A DNA stretch of 64,000 nt from Moniliella sp. 'wahieum'. Lineage: Eukaryota. The translations under genes and the position numbers were made by a program. The stretch spans positions 186,001 through 250,000 of the forward strand of contig RSEE01000087.1 in assembly GCA_003971905.1 (NCBI GenBank). The letters are read 5' to 3'. Positions 1 to 12,720 of the stretch are shown here, one piece after another. A model generated the notes under the pieces. That model worked only from the letters and a program-made list of their open reading frames with translations, was not told the DNA's origin and made no database searches. The stretch's first letter is position 1. Every line of letters begins with the position of its first letter.

Positions 1-1007
1 CAGGTGCGAAGGCGACGGCAAAGCCTGGCTGGCTGCCGCGCCCTTGGCCTTCTTCTTCTTCTTGGCCATGGCCAGCGCCACCGCATTCCGTGCGCCCGCC
101 ACAGCCGCCCGGCTGTCCTCAACAAACTGGTGGTCGTTGATGCGCGCTTTGGACGATCCCTCAGCCAGCGCAGCAGGTGCGGGCGTGGACGCCGACGCCA
201 AAGCCGAGGTGGTGGCCACCTGCTCTTCCTCCGAATCAAACTCGACGGCCTCTGCCAACGCGGCATCGGACGCCACCATCTTCTCCGCGGCCTCTTGCAG
301 GTCACGTTCCGTCTTGGGCGTCCGGCCCAACATCTTTTCCAGCCGCTTGATCCGCGCTTGGTGCCGCGCATCCAACTGCTTTCGTCGTTCCGGCTCGGCT
401 TGGAGGTACTCGGCAAGACGTTGGGCATCGCGCTTGACACTCAGCCGACGACCCGACAGGTCCCGACACGCACTCGTATCTTCCCCTTCTCCCGTACGGC
501 GACGGGCACTCATGCGGCCGCCTTGGGCACGAAGCATACTGCCAAACCCACCCTTGCCCCCGGCAGAGGAGCCAACACACTCACCTCCTCCAGGGGGGGC
601 ACGCACGTCGCCTCTGCCACGGCACGACCCGAGGGGAAGGCAACGATGCGCATGCGCCGTGGGCTCAGCGGGGCCAATGCGTCCAGCACTTCGCCCGCAG
701 TCGTGTTGGCAGGCATGGAAACAGACAGGGTGTGGGAGAGGAAGGGCAGCCGGAGGCACACGGGCGACGAGCCCTGGCCCAAGCGGGCGAGGCAGGCGCG
801 CACGCGCTGTGCGGCCACCGCCTCGTCGCGCTGCCGGCGGGCCACGGCGGGGGGCGACGGCGGGGACAACGGCGGGGACAACGGCGGGGCAAGCAGTGTC
901 GACATGGGCGGCGTAGATGCTGGTGGTGGGGGGGACAGAGCAGACGGCCCACCAGCGAGAGGCAGGTGGCAACTGCCGCCCGGCGGAACCAGCGAGGCGG
1001 AATGCAT
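1..1007 (-). CDS. SDE2: Sde2 splicing/replication-stress regulator (ubiquitin-fold N-terminus, GG|KGG cleavage site); runs off the window
   Basis: Manual translation gives LP(G)GKGGFGSMLRAQGGRMSARRR...SACRDLSGRRLSVKRDAQRLAEYL, matching the Sde2 signature GGKGGFGS.LRA.GGRM...CRDL.G.RL. One frameshift near 556-562. Start uncertain (ATG 1007 or 905). Confidence 0.85.
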
Positions 1008-1180
1008 TTCCGCCGGCGAGTCACGAGGCAAGTGAACAATCAAACTTCAACCAAGTGGCTGTCACCCGTCACAGGCATCACCGCCACGCGAATCCTGCCG
1101 AGCAGCAGCCGCTGGTTGCGTCGCCCGCCGCCCCCACCTCCACCGCCACCCGCATCCCCACCCGCATCCCCACCCCCGCC

Positions 1181-3216
1181 ATGGCCGACGAGAGGCTGTT
1201 GCGCGTCTTGCTGGCCTCACCGGGCTGGACCCGCCGAGTGTGCAGGAGCAGCTCTTGCCCTACCTCCGCAGCCTCCCGCGCCCCGAGCAGGGCGAGCACC
1301 TGCGCTCCATGTTGGGCCCCGGCGCGCCGGTGGAAGAGGTGGTGGCGCTGCTCTCGCCCGCCACCAAGTTCCCCGCCCTGCCCTCGGCCGACTCGCTGCT
1401 GGCCGAAGGCTTTGCCCGCCACACCCACGCCGCGCCGCCCACCCCCGACCGGCCCCGGAGGGAGAAGCAAAAGAAAACGCAGCCTGGCCTGGCGCATACC
1501 AAGAAGGGCCACCTTCCTGCGCCCCGTGCTGTGCGCACCGTTGCGCCCACCGCCGGGCTGGTGTACAAGAAGGAGAATGCGCTCGATGCGATTGGAGCGC
1601 AGTACGGAGGCAAGAAGAAGCCCGTTTCTAATTCGGGATCCACCCACGCCGCACGGAGCACATCCGCCTCCCCTTCAGTCTCCTCTCCCCGCCCTGGCCA
1701 CCTCCCCTCGGCTCCGGCCACGCCGGAACCCGAGCCGACGCCCGAGACCCCCCCCACCCCCATCCCCACCTCCATCTCCATCCCCACTTCCTCCCTGACC
1801 CCGCCTCACGCTCGGTCGCAGCGCGTGCGCCGGACGACCCAGACGAGCAGGAAGACGGGTTGCTCCCTCTTCCCCAGTTCGAGCGGCCTAGCAAACCGAC
1901 GTCCGAGCTGGTGGAGATGGAGGATGCATTGGCCTTGCTACGTGTACCGCATCCTGCTGCCGCGGTGGCCCAGACGCGATGCTTTTGTGCAGGCCAAGTG
2001 CATCGGCCAATGAAGTGGATCCCACTCTGCTCGCAGTGTCAACTCGTGTTCTGCACAGCGCTCCGGCCGTCGCCGCTTGCGCCCGGCGGGCAGTGTCCCA
2101 GCTGCGGCACGCCGACCTTGCCGCTCGACGAGGAGGAAGAGTGGGGAGGCGAGGCAAGGCCAAGGCCAAGGGCAACGACACGAGTCCGAGCAAGTTTGGT
2201 GCGGCAGGGGGTGTACACGCTGGTGCTGGACCAATATGAACAGCAGTGTGCACAAGAGGTGCAGCAGGAGAAGGAAGAAGAACGAAGGAAGGAGGTGCAG
2301 CGACAACTGTTGTTGGAGCGGCAACGTGCCCAGGCCCAATTGATTGCCCAGCAACGCGGTCAAGAACTTCCGCTGGACCATCTCTTCCCTGACCTGCCCT
2401 CGGGCAAACCTCGTGGCAAAGCTCCCTCGGCCTCGGAGGCGGTGCGCGAAAAAACTCACCGCGTTCTCCGGCTCAATACGACGACCCACAAGATGACGAG
2501 CGAGCGCAAGGTGCGAAAAGTCCGCGCCGCCGCGGCCCCGGCTCCAGCTCCGGCGCAGGCTTCCCTGCTTCTTCCGCTTCGGTGGCCAAGCCGGCTCTGG
2601 TGATTGAGAGTGACTCGGACGAGGAGTCCGACCAAGCAGACCAGCTTCTGGTTGCCGATCCGTATGACTTGGGTCGAACCAACCCGCTTCGCGGGGGGTG
2701 GAGCGGACGGTGCCGAGGGCAGAGCGCAGGTGGGCACCACCCAAGAGGCAAGTGGCAGGGGAAGAGGAGGCCGATGTACTCTATCGCACCGAAGAGCGAG
2801 GCAGGTGGAGGGCGCCTGCTTGGAGTGCGTGGGTCCAGGCGGGCGTGCCGGTGGAAGAGGCAGAGTCCGAGTCTGAGCCAGAATCTGATCTCGAATCCGA
2901 ATCACACGGACAGGATGCCGAACAAGAAAGGCAAAAGACCGCTTCGCTCGGTTCTAAAGGCAAGGACATTGTTCCCCCCGTGGTGGAGCCGCACTTTGCC
3001 ACGCCGGGCTCTTCGAACCCTTCTGGCTCCCAGTCGGCTCCAACTCGAGCTAAGGAAACCACATCCAACCCATCTCTGTCTACATCCACGTCCCCACCCA
3101 CCCCCAACCCCAACCCCAAGGGTAAAGGAAAAGCTCCAGCCAAGACTAACGGCAAGGCCCCAACCAAGGCTAAGGGCAAGGGCAAGGGTAAGGGCAAGGG
3201 CAACGCTCCCACCTAA
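1181..3216 (+). CDS. zf-C2HC5 zinc-finger protein (ASC-1/TRIP4, yeast Rqt4-like)
   Basis: CFCAGQVH...PLCSQCQLVFC...CPSCG at about 1980-2106, followed by a coiled coil and an HRVLRL motif. Pieced together from ORFs 1181/1240/1860/2698 across frameshifts. Confidence 0.75.
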
Positions 3217-3490
3217 CCTAATACTAGGTAGCGGTTATAACCCTTCTACGGTGCAGGCGTTCTTACCCTGTGTCTTGTCTTGTTATACGCACCCTATCCC
3301 CATCCTCCTCGTCCCTGGCACCACACCACCGCTTCACCAATGGATCGATTCATAGGGGCAAGCGGTGGACCTGGGCCTCGACTCTATAGCGACTGGGCGG
3401 TAGGAAACGCACGAGCCGAGTCCCCGAACCACGTCAACAAGATCTATAGTCGGGCGCACGGTAACGATCGAGCGGGGTGAGGGATAATGT

Positions 3491-3528
3491 GGGTAGTGGG
3501 TAGTGGGTAGTGGGTAGTGGGTGGTGGG
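3491..3528 (+). repeat. (GGGTAGT)n heptamer array with six G-triplets
   Basis: gggtagtgggtagtgggtagtgggtagtgggtggtggg read directly. Confidence 0.9.
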
Positions 3529-3672
3529 TAGGAGAGCTTTCCTCCCGCAGGCCTCCGATAAGCGAACGAGTGGATAAGATACAATACCAACCCCGGTTAG
3601 ACGAGAGGCAACGCCAAGAAGAGCGCAAGCGCGTAAGAGCGCAGGATGGTAGCGAAGAAACGGGTGTGGTTG

Positions 3673-5724
3673 CTACGACGAGCTTTCGGTGCCTTCTTCG
3701 GCTTCGAGAATTGCCGAGCCGCCGGGCGCACGGGCCAAGGTCGGCCGCGACGGCGGCCGGGAGGCTCGCCAGGAAGCAAAGGTACCTGGCGTGGACCCAA
3801 GCGTAGATAGCTGTTGTCCTCCCGCATTCGCATTCGCATTCGCATTCGCATTCGCATTCGCCAGCGGCAACAACATCGCAGCTCCATTGCCTCCTCCTGT
3901 TCCCGTGCTGGTAGCCGATAAGGGACGAGCAAGCGTAACACATACGAGTGGAAACGCTCCCGTTCGAGGTCCAGGTCCAGGTCCTGCTGCTGGTGCTGGT
4001 GCTGGTGCTGCCGATGGTGGTGGTACGGTTGGTGGAACTGCCGAACCCGGCGCACCTCGTCCCACCACCGCCGCCGGCCCAGCAGCCGTCTGGCCCAGTG
4101 CCCACCCATCGTCGTACAGCCGCAACACCGTCACCACCTCTCCGCGGTGGAGAGTCAACTCATCGGGCAACTGGGCTGCGTAATGGTACACGGCCACCAC
4201 TTTGCTCCGGCCGCGAATCAGTTGACCACTGTACACGTCTCTTACTTCCCCCACCGTCGTCCCGGGTGAAGAGATGGGCAGGTCGGACCCAGTGGGCGAG
4301 ACAGAGACCGTGGGTGAGGTGGGCCCGGAACTAGCACCAGGCCCGTTGGGAGGTCCGCTCGGGCGGCACTCTGGCTCAGCACGCGTGTGCGGGGGTGTAC
4401 GCGGTCGGGGGTCCGTAGGAATGGGCGTGGGTACCGTCCCTGGGTCCGTAGGGGTGGGGAGGGCAGCGGGCGGGTGGGGGGCGGCGTAGGCCCACCCATA
4501 TGCGCCGCAGGGGGCACAGCAGCATCGCCGGATGAAGCGGCTTGCTGCGCAGGAGAGAGAAGGTGGGGCGGGGCCAAGGGCGAATGGGACAGGTGCGAGG
4601 TCGGGTCAAGGGTAGCAAGCGACGAGGAGACAGATGTGTCCCCGTTGGCTAGGCGCGTGGGGGAAGGTGGTGTGCGCGGGGGCGCGGGGGTTGGTGCGGG
4701 TGCGCAGGAGGGGGAAGAGGCAGGCAGTGGGCTGGGACGAGGGGCGGGGGGGCTTTCGAGTGGCGTGGGCGTGGGCATGGGCGTGGGCATAGGCGGGGTG
4801 CGGGTGGGAGGCGGGGGCGTTGGGTGGCGTGGTGCTGTGTGCGGGGAGGGGGGGAGGGTGTGCAGAGGGTAAGGATGCTGCCGTGCATCGTCTTCTGCTG
4901 TGGACGGCGTCGCAGGAGCGGATGGCAAGAAAGACGGCCACGGTCCCGTCGGAGGGTCCAACGGGGTGCACGGCGAGACTGGAAGGGGCTTGTCGGTATG
5001 CACCGCTTGGGAAGGAGGCTTGCTTCCCCCCTCTCTGCTGCACGGACAGTTTCGCGCGCAGACGGCGTCCCCTCCACGTCGGCCTCGGCTGGTGTCGCCG
5101 CGGCGGAGCGTGAGCGTCTCTGTCGATGACGGCGTAAGCACCACAACAGGCTTATCGTGAGAAGGGCGCCGAGTAAGACTGCACCTATGATCGATCCGAC
5201 CAGCACTCCGGCCAGACGTCCACCAGATAGGCCAGTTTTGTTGGCGGCCCGCGTAGTGAGCGAGTTGGGCGCGGAAAGCGTCGTGGTTTGCGCTGTGTCG
5301 GCGGTGGTTGCAGTTGAGGAAGAGGAAGAGGAGGCAATGTAGCTAATACTGTTGCTAGCAAAGGACGGTAGAGCCGAAGAGGAGAGCGAAGCGGACGAGG
5401 AAGTTGCAGCCGAAGTGCACACGGCGGTGGCAGAGACCGCAGTCGAAGATGGGGACGACAAGGAAGACGAAGCAGCGGCAGAAAGGGAAGAAAGGATGGA
5501 GGCGCGCCAGTCGAGGCTGCTGGTAGCAGTGAGTGTGGGTATCAAGGGCGGGGACGCAGTGTCGCAGAAGACGGGGCCGCTGCGAGGCTTGAGCCAGCTG
5601 TGTTGGTATCGAAAACGGGGGCGTGTTGGGCGCTCGGTGTTGCGCTGGGGGGCGTCGGAGCCACACGTTGCGCCGATGCGAAGAGCAGAAAGACAGAGAG
5701 AAGCAGGAGGACGAAGAGGATCAT
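3673..5724 (-). CDS. Type I membrane protein: signal peptide, S/T-rich ectodomain, one TM helix, C-terminal SH3 domain
   Basis: MILFVLLLLSVFLLFASAQ signal peptide; S/T-rich stretch; LAGVLVGSIIGAVLLGALLTISLLWCL TM followed by RRHRQRR; SH3 motifs AVYHYAAQLPDELTLHRGEVVTVLRLYDDGWALG...GAFPLVCV. Several frameshifts. Confidence 0.75.
3824..3859 (+). repeat. (GCATTC)6 hexamer microsatellite, encoding (AN)n on the minus strand
   Basis: Read directly. Confidence 0.9.
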
Positions 5725-6954
5725 ACGAGGAGGCCTTGAGCCGGTAACGAAGGCATAGAGGTCGTGGGTGCGGCCGCAAGGGGGATACGGCAGCTCCGGC
5801 CGGTGCGCCCGGCTCCCCACGGGAGGACTCGGACGGCGAGTGCTGCTGTTGGCCATGGCGCGACAAAAACGAGAGGGAACCGAGACTGGGATGAATGGGC
5901 AAGAAGATGGAGTGGCAGGATCTACGCCTTGGTACCACCAGCACCAGTGCACCACACTGCCACTGGTGCCCGCAGTAGACCAAAGTAGCACATAGGATCT
6001 GCTCCCATGGCAGCCGAACGCCTTGGCACAGGGGTTGCCGCGAGGACGCATGGCAGCCCAGAGCACCGCCTTCCCCTGATGCGGCCAGTTGGGGAGGAGT
6101 GTGTGTGCCGCTGCAAGGGTTGACGAAGCGATCTGCGAGCCTGTTCACCACTCTGTGCCACGCACCGACGCATGAGACGAGCCGCTCCTCTCTCGGCCCT
6201 CCCACCACTGCGATCTCATAGCGCTTTTCCACCCAGATACACTTCGCCGCCCCCTGATGGGTGTGTTTTGCCACTGCGCGGCGGCCGGCGGGCATAACGA
6301 TGGCTGTGCGGATGTGTGCGGCCACTCTAGTGGTGTGAACAGGGCAAGGCTTTGGGGCCATTTGGGCTGCGAACTCAATAAGCTTCACACGCATGTGGTC
6401 TTTGGACTGGACCGCACGCCAAAAGCCCAGCAGCGCTCATCCCACCCCAGCTCCCTTTTTTGTCTGGTGTTGCCGCCCCCCATCATCAGCTCAATCCATC
6501 TATCTCTCGCCGCCGCTCGTAGCCGGAAAAGGTGATGTGCGTGTTTGCTTGATAGGGTCTTCTGCCGTTGTTCCCGGGGATAAACACGAGTAGGGGCTGG
6601 CATAGCATAAGGTGACCCGATGTGTGCTTTTGTATATAAACGGGATGGATTCAAGGTGGTGTGCGTGTGCGCACAGTTTGTACCGCTGCCTGATCGAGAT
6701 GGAGGTGCCATGCGTACAAGGGGCCAGTGTGGCAAGGCACCCTACTCGCTTCTGCTGCCCCTGTTCCTGATCTCCTTGGCGGCCCGCGCGGAGGCATGGT
6801 GTTGCTGTGCACGGGCCACGCATCGGCCAGGTGGAGCAAGCAGAGGGCACGTGAAATGACATAAGGCACGTCCCTTCCCCTCGATGCCGCTTACGTACGC
6901 ACCCCGCTCTCAGCCACCTGGAAGGCGCCAGCCACAAGGAAGCCGGTGGGTTCG

Positions 6955-7906
6955 ATGAGCATGCTCGCCCGCGTCCTGCCTACCCTGCGTGCCTTTGCCC
7001 TGCCTGGTGCCGTCGGTGTGGTGCGCACCATGGCCACCGCTTCGGCTGCTGATGCGGCCACCTCGCCTGCCCCTCCTCCTTCGCTTCGGCAGCAGAAGCG
7101 CGCGCTGCGCAAGTCCATGGCCCGCACGCTGGATGCCATGACCAAGGAGCAGCTTACTGCCCAGAGCGCCACGGTCGAGCAACTGGTCTTGGCCTCGCCT
7201 CTATGGAAGGCCGCCCACGCGATCAGCATCTACGTCAACATGGACAAGGGCGAAGTGTACACTGACAGTCTGTGCCGCGCGGCGTTGGGGCAAGGTGCGT
7301 ACTCTCCGTCCCCCTAACCCCAGCTTGCCACATACTCCTTGCTACTGGCAACTTGCTACTTGCTGCTGCTTCCGTTTCGGGGGGGCGAGCTGAGCGCTGA
7401 CTGTAGCTGCGACAGGCAAGAGGCTCTATGTGCCGCTGTTTGGATCGGGGGACAAGATGGGGGAAATGAGGATGCTTCACATCCACACTGAGGAGGAATT
7501 TCATGCGCTCCAACCCAACAAGTGGGGGATCCGCGAACCGGGGGAACACTATGCGCCTCATTCCCATCCCACCGTGCACCTTGACGGCCCCAAGCTGGTG
7601 AAGAGGGACGACCCACTGCTTCCCAGCGCACTGGTCAAGGGGTTGGACCTAATCGTCGTGCCAGGCGTGGCATTTGATCACCACGCCGGCCGGTTGGGGC
7701 ATGGCAAAGGGTACTACGATCGGTACCTCACTGCGATGGATGCCTGCCGCCTGGCCCATCACTTGCCCCCGGTCGAGACGTTGGCCTTGGCGTTGGAACC
7801 ACAGCTGCTGCCACCGGGACAGGTGGTACCGCGCGAACCCCATGACCGCCTCCTCAACGCCATTGCTCATCCGGGCGGATGGGTGCTGCCTCCGAGCCAA
7901 TCGTAG
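6955..7906 (+). CDS. FAU1: 5-formyltetrahydrofolate cyclo-ligase (MTHFS); intron 7295-7415
   Basis: KRALRK, YVNMDKGEVYT, spliced QGKRLYVP, NKWGIREP, DLIVVPGVAFD...RLGHGKGYYDRY, HDRLLN. Intron GTGCGT...GCTGAC...CAG. Confidence 0.93.
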
Positions 7907-10395
7907 TGTTCATCGTTCATCCCACCTTCCTCCCTTTTCTGCTGGTCATGGCTTCGAACTGCCTTTTTTCGCCTGTGCCATTGACGGTTTCATCACTCGA
8001 CCCACGGCCCTCCGCATCACTCGCCCGGATGCATCTGCATCACATGATGTGGGCCAAAGGCAAGTCCCATCCCTCTCTTCCTCAATAGTCAATGCCCAGG
8101 GGGGCAAGGTCTAAGGGGTGGTTGATTTCCTTCCATCTTCCATCCGGCGTAACGCGTAACGCGAGCCTTTCATCGCCCTGGGACCTGCTCTCAGCACTCC
8201 AATCACCATGCGCTGCATGAAAGGCACCCACCCTATGCCCTGTCGCGTCCTCCTGTTGCGTTAAGTGTTAAGCTAGATCTATACCGCCAGCGACTTCAAC
8301 GTTCAGTTCAACCGTTCAACTGTCGAGCTTGAAGATCAGGGATGTGAATTGCGGATGCCAATGTTGGAGTGTGGTGGCATGTGGCACCACTTGGTGTGAT
8401 GGCTTAATCGGCCATGTTGCATGTACCCTGTCGCTGGCAAGCGGAACTCGTTGTATAGTTCCGTGACTCGCCGGCCCCGGATTGGTTACCGTCGCGCCCT
8501 CATTAATCATTCCCCTCCTTCCTCTTCTCTCTGTTGCACAAAAGGTTGGACTAGCGTCCGTAGCTTACCAGAAGCTATCTCCGACTGTTCCCACCCTGCA
8601 CAGTACAATCGTCCTTAGCTTGGTAGTGTAGCTACTTCTCAGTTACACGTTGACGCGTTAAACTTTAACGGACAACCGCGGTTCTGGGCTCTCACTGGTG
8701 TGACCGATTTATCGCGCTCACCTATGATCGCTTAGCCTACTAGTGCTTCGGCCTAGCCCCCATTCTTTCAGCCACAATGGTAGAATGCTCGTAACATATG
8801 ACACAGCATGCAGCATGGGCCAAGGTGCCGGGGATGCGTGTGAGGTGGTGGTCGGTGGGGCTGGGGGAGCGTATATCAACGATCAACTGTGGGTAGTCTG
8901 GACAATTGGAGAATGGACGTACTCTACGTACTAGCGGCTAGAGGATGGACTGGCAAGGAGTTGCGCAGCTCTGCGTTGCACGTTGCTACGCCTCAGGCCT
9001 GGGCCTGACTTCAGGACATGCTAATAAACCTTGCCAATAGATCTCGTCGCACCGCCTCGGATCTCACCGGTCACCGACTTACTGTCTCAGATCTCAACGT
9101 TCAACGTTCAACACGTTCAACGTACGTATAGATCTGATCGATCTTTTACCGGACGTCGTGTACATGTACTCAGTATATTCTGGAGCGACCAACCAGCATC
9201 ACCATCACCGCCGAGTCAGGGAGTGCCCCCGTAGTCAGTCACGCGTCACGTCTTCACCGGCAGTCGGGACTATAGGCCGGGGGGGGCAGGTTAGCTTGGC
9301 CATGTCGTAGAGTTTACACGTTCTTTGTTCTGTGTCCATCATGTACGTTGACGCGCTTCGCGAGCTTCTTCTGCCGCTCGGAGGAGGATCGTCGGACAGC
9401 CGGGTCGTTGGGCCGGGCAGGACAGAGAAGCAAGCATGCTGGAGGCTGGCGACGCCGGAGACGGGTTAGGTGGTGACCGGTGACTCGGCGAGTATGCATG
9501 GTAGTCATTAGTAAGTACGATGTTCTACGTAGCCGGCACCAGTAGAATCCTCCTGTGCGGCAGTCTCTGGTGGTTGTGGCGCACGCTGAGCTGAGACGTC
9601 GAGGGTGTTACATGTTTCTGGCCTGGAGCAGGTGGCGCAGATAGGATCGATAGGGGCACGACGTAGCGCGAGGGCGGCCGCGGAGAGGAGAGGAAGAGCG
9701 TCACGCGTCTCACGTGTGTTAGGGCCGATTTGTGAAAGCGTTGGGCCGGCGGCAAGTGGCTGGTGGCCGGTGGCAACACCACAGGCAGAGCAAGTGGCCA
9801 GTCGAAGGCACCCAAAGCTACCGCGGCCGCCAGCCGTCCGCAGCGCTCCACCCGATTCGCTCTGCGGCCTGGATATGATCTTGATCAGATCGATTACTCG
9901 GAGCACTAGGCACTCAGTCTGAGTACTCTAGGTATCCCATCCGTACGCCCCGCGGTCGTCCTGCGTACCCGCTGCCCACGACTGTGCCGTGTGTTGACTC
10001 CATTCATAATGCACCCTAGCACCCACACGCCCCCACCCGGCAGGATCCATTGATGACGCGCACAATGACGGATCGATGACGTCGAATGGCCGTGCCAGCG
10101 TGAAAACGGCGGGGCCAACACGCCCCCCCGGCAGAGGGCCAGTGTGGCTCAATCGCCCGACTGTCCAGCTCAGATTATTCATTCCTCCTTTCGCCGCCAC
10201 CGGCCAGGACTTCCTCTCTCTGGTTATACACCGCACAGCCGCCTCTTGCGCACCGTCCCGCCACCCCCTCCTCCGCACTGTCTCCTGTCTGCCATTCCCT
10301 CCTTCCGCTGTCCAGCTCCGCCGCCGACCGCCATCTACATGCCCTGCTGCCCTTGCGTCTGCACTTGTGCAACACCTCCCCCCAGCATCTAGGCC

Positions 10396-11917
10396 ATGCC
10401 CACCTCTCTCTACGAACGCCCCAGCACACCCTCTGAGCAGCTGCTCTTTGCGCGCGCCGAGCTGCGCCAAGCGCAGCACCAACGCGATGTCCAGCGCCGT
10501 GCTGCCCGTGCCGCTGCCTACGCCCGCCTTGTCGGTACCGATGCAGCGAGTGGTTCGCATGTGCCGCCGGCTTCGTCGGCGCCTGCCTCGGCGCGCGGGC
10601 ACCGCCGGCATAACAGCTACGACTCGGCTCGTACCTTTTTTCCGCTTCTTCCACCAGCTCCACCCAGTGGACCTACACCCGTCCACGTCTCCCCTCCGAT
10701 GGGGACGCTCGCCCCCCGATGCGATCCCGCCGTCTCGTATCCTCGTCCGCCTCCGACGCGCAGCAGCACCCTCCTCCGCACTAGCTTCCAGCTCGGCACG
10801 GATTCTGATTCGAGAGAGCGGGTGCGTCTTCCCCCCGTGCGCAGGACACCTCTTCTCTCCCTCTTCCACCATTTCCACGAGCGCAGCCCAGCGCCCACCA
10901 CCGCTCTCGCACCACCAGTACCCCATCTCCTTCGTCCCTCCTCGCCAGACCGATTGCAGCGACTGGGAGCTTGCCCGCGGCCGCTCTTCCCGTCCGGTTT
11001 CCGTCGACACGCCCTGCATGCACCGTTGCCACTGGACTCGCACCCTCAACCGCGACCCCACTCGCATTCGCATTCACATTCGCACTCGCATTCGCTCTCG
11101 CAGCCTCTCTCCTACCCGCCTCCCCCTCGTCCCCGCACCACCTCTCTTCCCACCCGTCGCACCTCTTTCTCGCAGGAACGACCGTCGCCCCAGCCGGGCA
11201 CGCACCATCGCCGCACGCATCGCTTCACCTCGGCGCCCCTCGCCCCCCGGGACTGACACTGATCCCGCTCTCCCGCGTCCTCCCGCCCCGCTCTCCCACT
11301 CGATCAAACCGTTGCTTCAATTTGGGTTTGCTGCGAGCCTGAGCTCGGCTGCGCTGCTGGCGCTGGGCGTGCTGATGAGCCTGAGTTACCTCCTCACAGC
11401 GTACGACGATGCGTCGGCGCGCGGTCGAAAGCTGCACTCGGCCGCGTCGCGCGCAAAGACGAGCATCGAAGATGGCTTGCGCTGGGGCAAAGATAAAGTG
11501 GGACCAGCTACGACGTGGGGCGCTCCCACCGCTTTCCTCGCTCGCCGCTTTGCCTTCCCTTTCCACTCGCGGCCGTGTCCCCGCCCAGATCCCCGCCCGG
11601 ACGCCTGCCCGGATACCTACCCGGATACCTGCTCAGATCCACCGCCCAAAGACGTACCGAGCCACGACCGCCCGCCCCCTTCTGCCCGGAAACAGGCGCT
11701 GCTGCCTCGCCTGGCCTGGGCCGTGGCCATGGCGCTCGGTGCCGGGATGATGTCCCTGCTGTTCCGCTCGACGGCCTCTGCTTCTGCTTCTGCTTCTGCT
11801 TCGGCCTCAGCTCCCGCTTCATCTTCAGCTTCTGCGCCTGCCTCCTCGTTCCCCCGCGCTTCGCATGCTCGTCCGCGCGCGCGGCTGCACGAGCCCTGGA
11901 CGGCGGGGCGCAGCTAA
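10396..11917 (+). CDS. Hypothetical protein with low-complexity N-half and 1-2 C-terminal hydrophobic/TM segments
   Basis: ORF 10396-11256 (MPTSLYERPSTPSEQLLFARAELRQ...) apparently continues by frameshift into LLQFGFAASLSSAALLALGVLMSLSYLL and LAWAVAMALGAGMMSLL. T-rich 3' region follows the stop. Confidence 0.5.
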
Positions 11918-11960
11918 TACCACCTACCACCCGTGCCGCCTCGTCCGGCATAATTTTTTT

Positions 11961-12013
11961 TGTGTTTGTGTTGTGTTTGTTTTGTTTGTGTTTGTGTTTG
12001 TGTTTGTGTTTGT
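11961..12013 (+). repeat. (TGTGTT)n-like microsatellite in a 3' UTR
   Basis: Read directly. Confidence 0.85.
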
Positions 12014-12634
12014 GTCTGGCCTTAGGCCTTATGCCTGGTCCTCTGGACCGTTTGATCCCCCCCCACCTCATCCGTTCTACGTCTGCGCCCGAGAGGCGCA
12101 GCGATCCTATACAAGTTGCCAGATCCCCATATGTGGCCCATGATTTGAAGCTGGCGAAGCTGGCTATGTTTTATGAATGTCGATTCCCCTGTCGTACTGG
12201 TTGGTTGGTTGCTAGACGCGGCTCGGGCAGGTGCTGGGTGGCGTTGGCCTTAAGGCCGAACGCAGCGAGCCAGCCACCGTAGGCCGCCGTGAACGTTGAA
12301 CGCGAACGTGCCTCCATCCATCTGGGAGTAGCTCTTTTGCCAGCTTCGTGTGACATGTGACATGTCACGTGCCGTTGTGACATGTGACGACGTACTGTGT
12401 CACACCCGTCACATGTGCCACCCTGTCACTGAGCAGTATCCCGGCGGACGCTGCAGGCACCGCATAACCCTAGGGGCAGCACGAGCTGCTGCGGCGAATA
12501 TACAGTGGCGTTGGGCGGGGGCCGGGCGGAGCAGGCGAGCTGCTTCCCCGTCGTCCGAGTAGGGTTGGTGCGCAACGCCTCGGCGTCCCACCCGGTTAGC
12601 GTCGCAGATGTGGTGGTGGTGTGTGGTGAGTACG

Positions 12635-12696
12635 GTGCGTGGTGCGTGGTGCGTGGTGCGTGGTGCGTGGTGCGTGGTGCGTGGTGCGTGGTGCGT
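12635..12696 (+). repeat. (GTGCGTG)9 heptamer array
   Basis: Nine units read directly. Confidence 0.92.
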
Positions 12697-12720
12697 CGCG
12701 TGTCGTGCGGGGTGCTCCGT

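Noticed and set aside
9314..9508. Small minus-strand ORF ending ERQKKLAKRVNVHDGHRTKNV
   Set aside because: No recognisable homology or gene structure.
10048..10105. TGATGA...ATGA...GATGA as a box C/D snoRNA
   Set aside because: No proper CTGA D box, terminal stem or recognisable guide.
12430..12470. QYPGGRC as an N-terminal RPL28 exon (KHPGGRG-like)
   Set aside because: The flanking residues do not match uL15 and there are no convincing splice signals.
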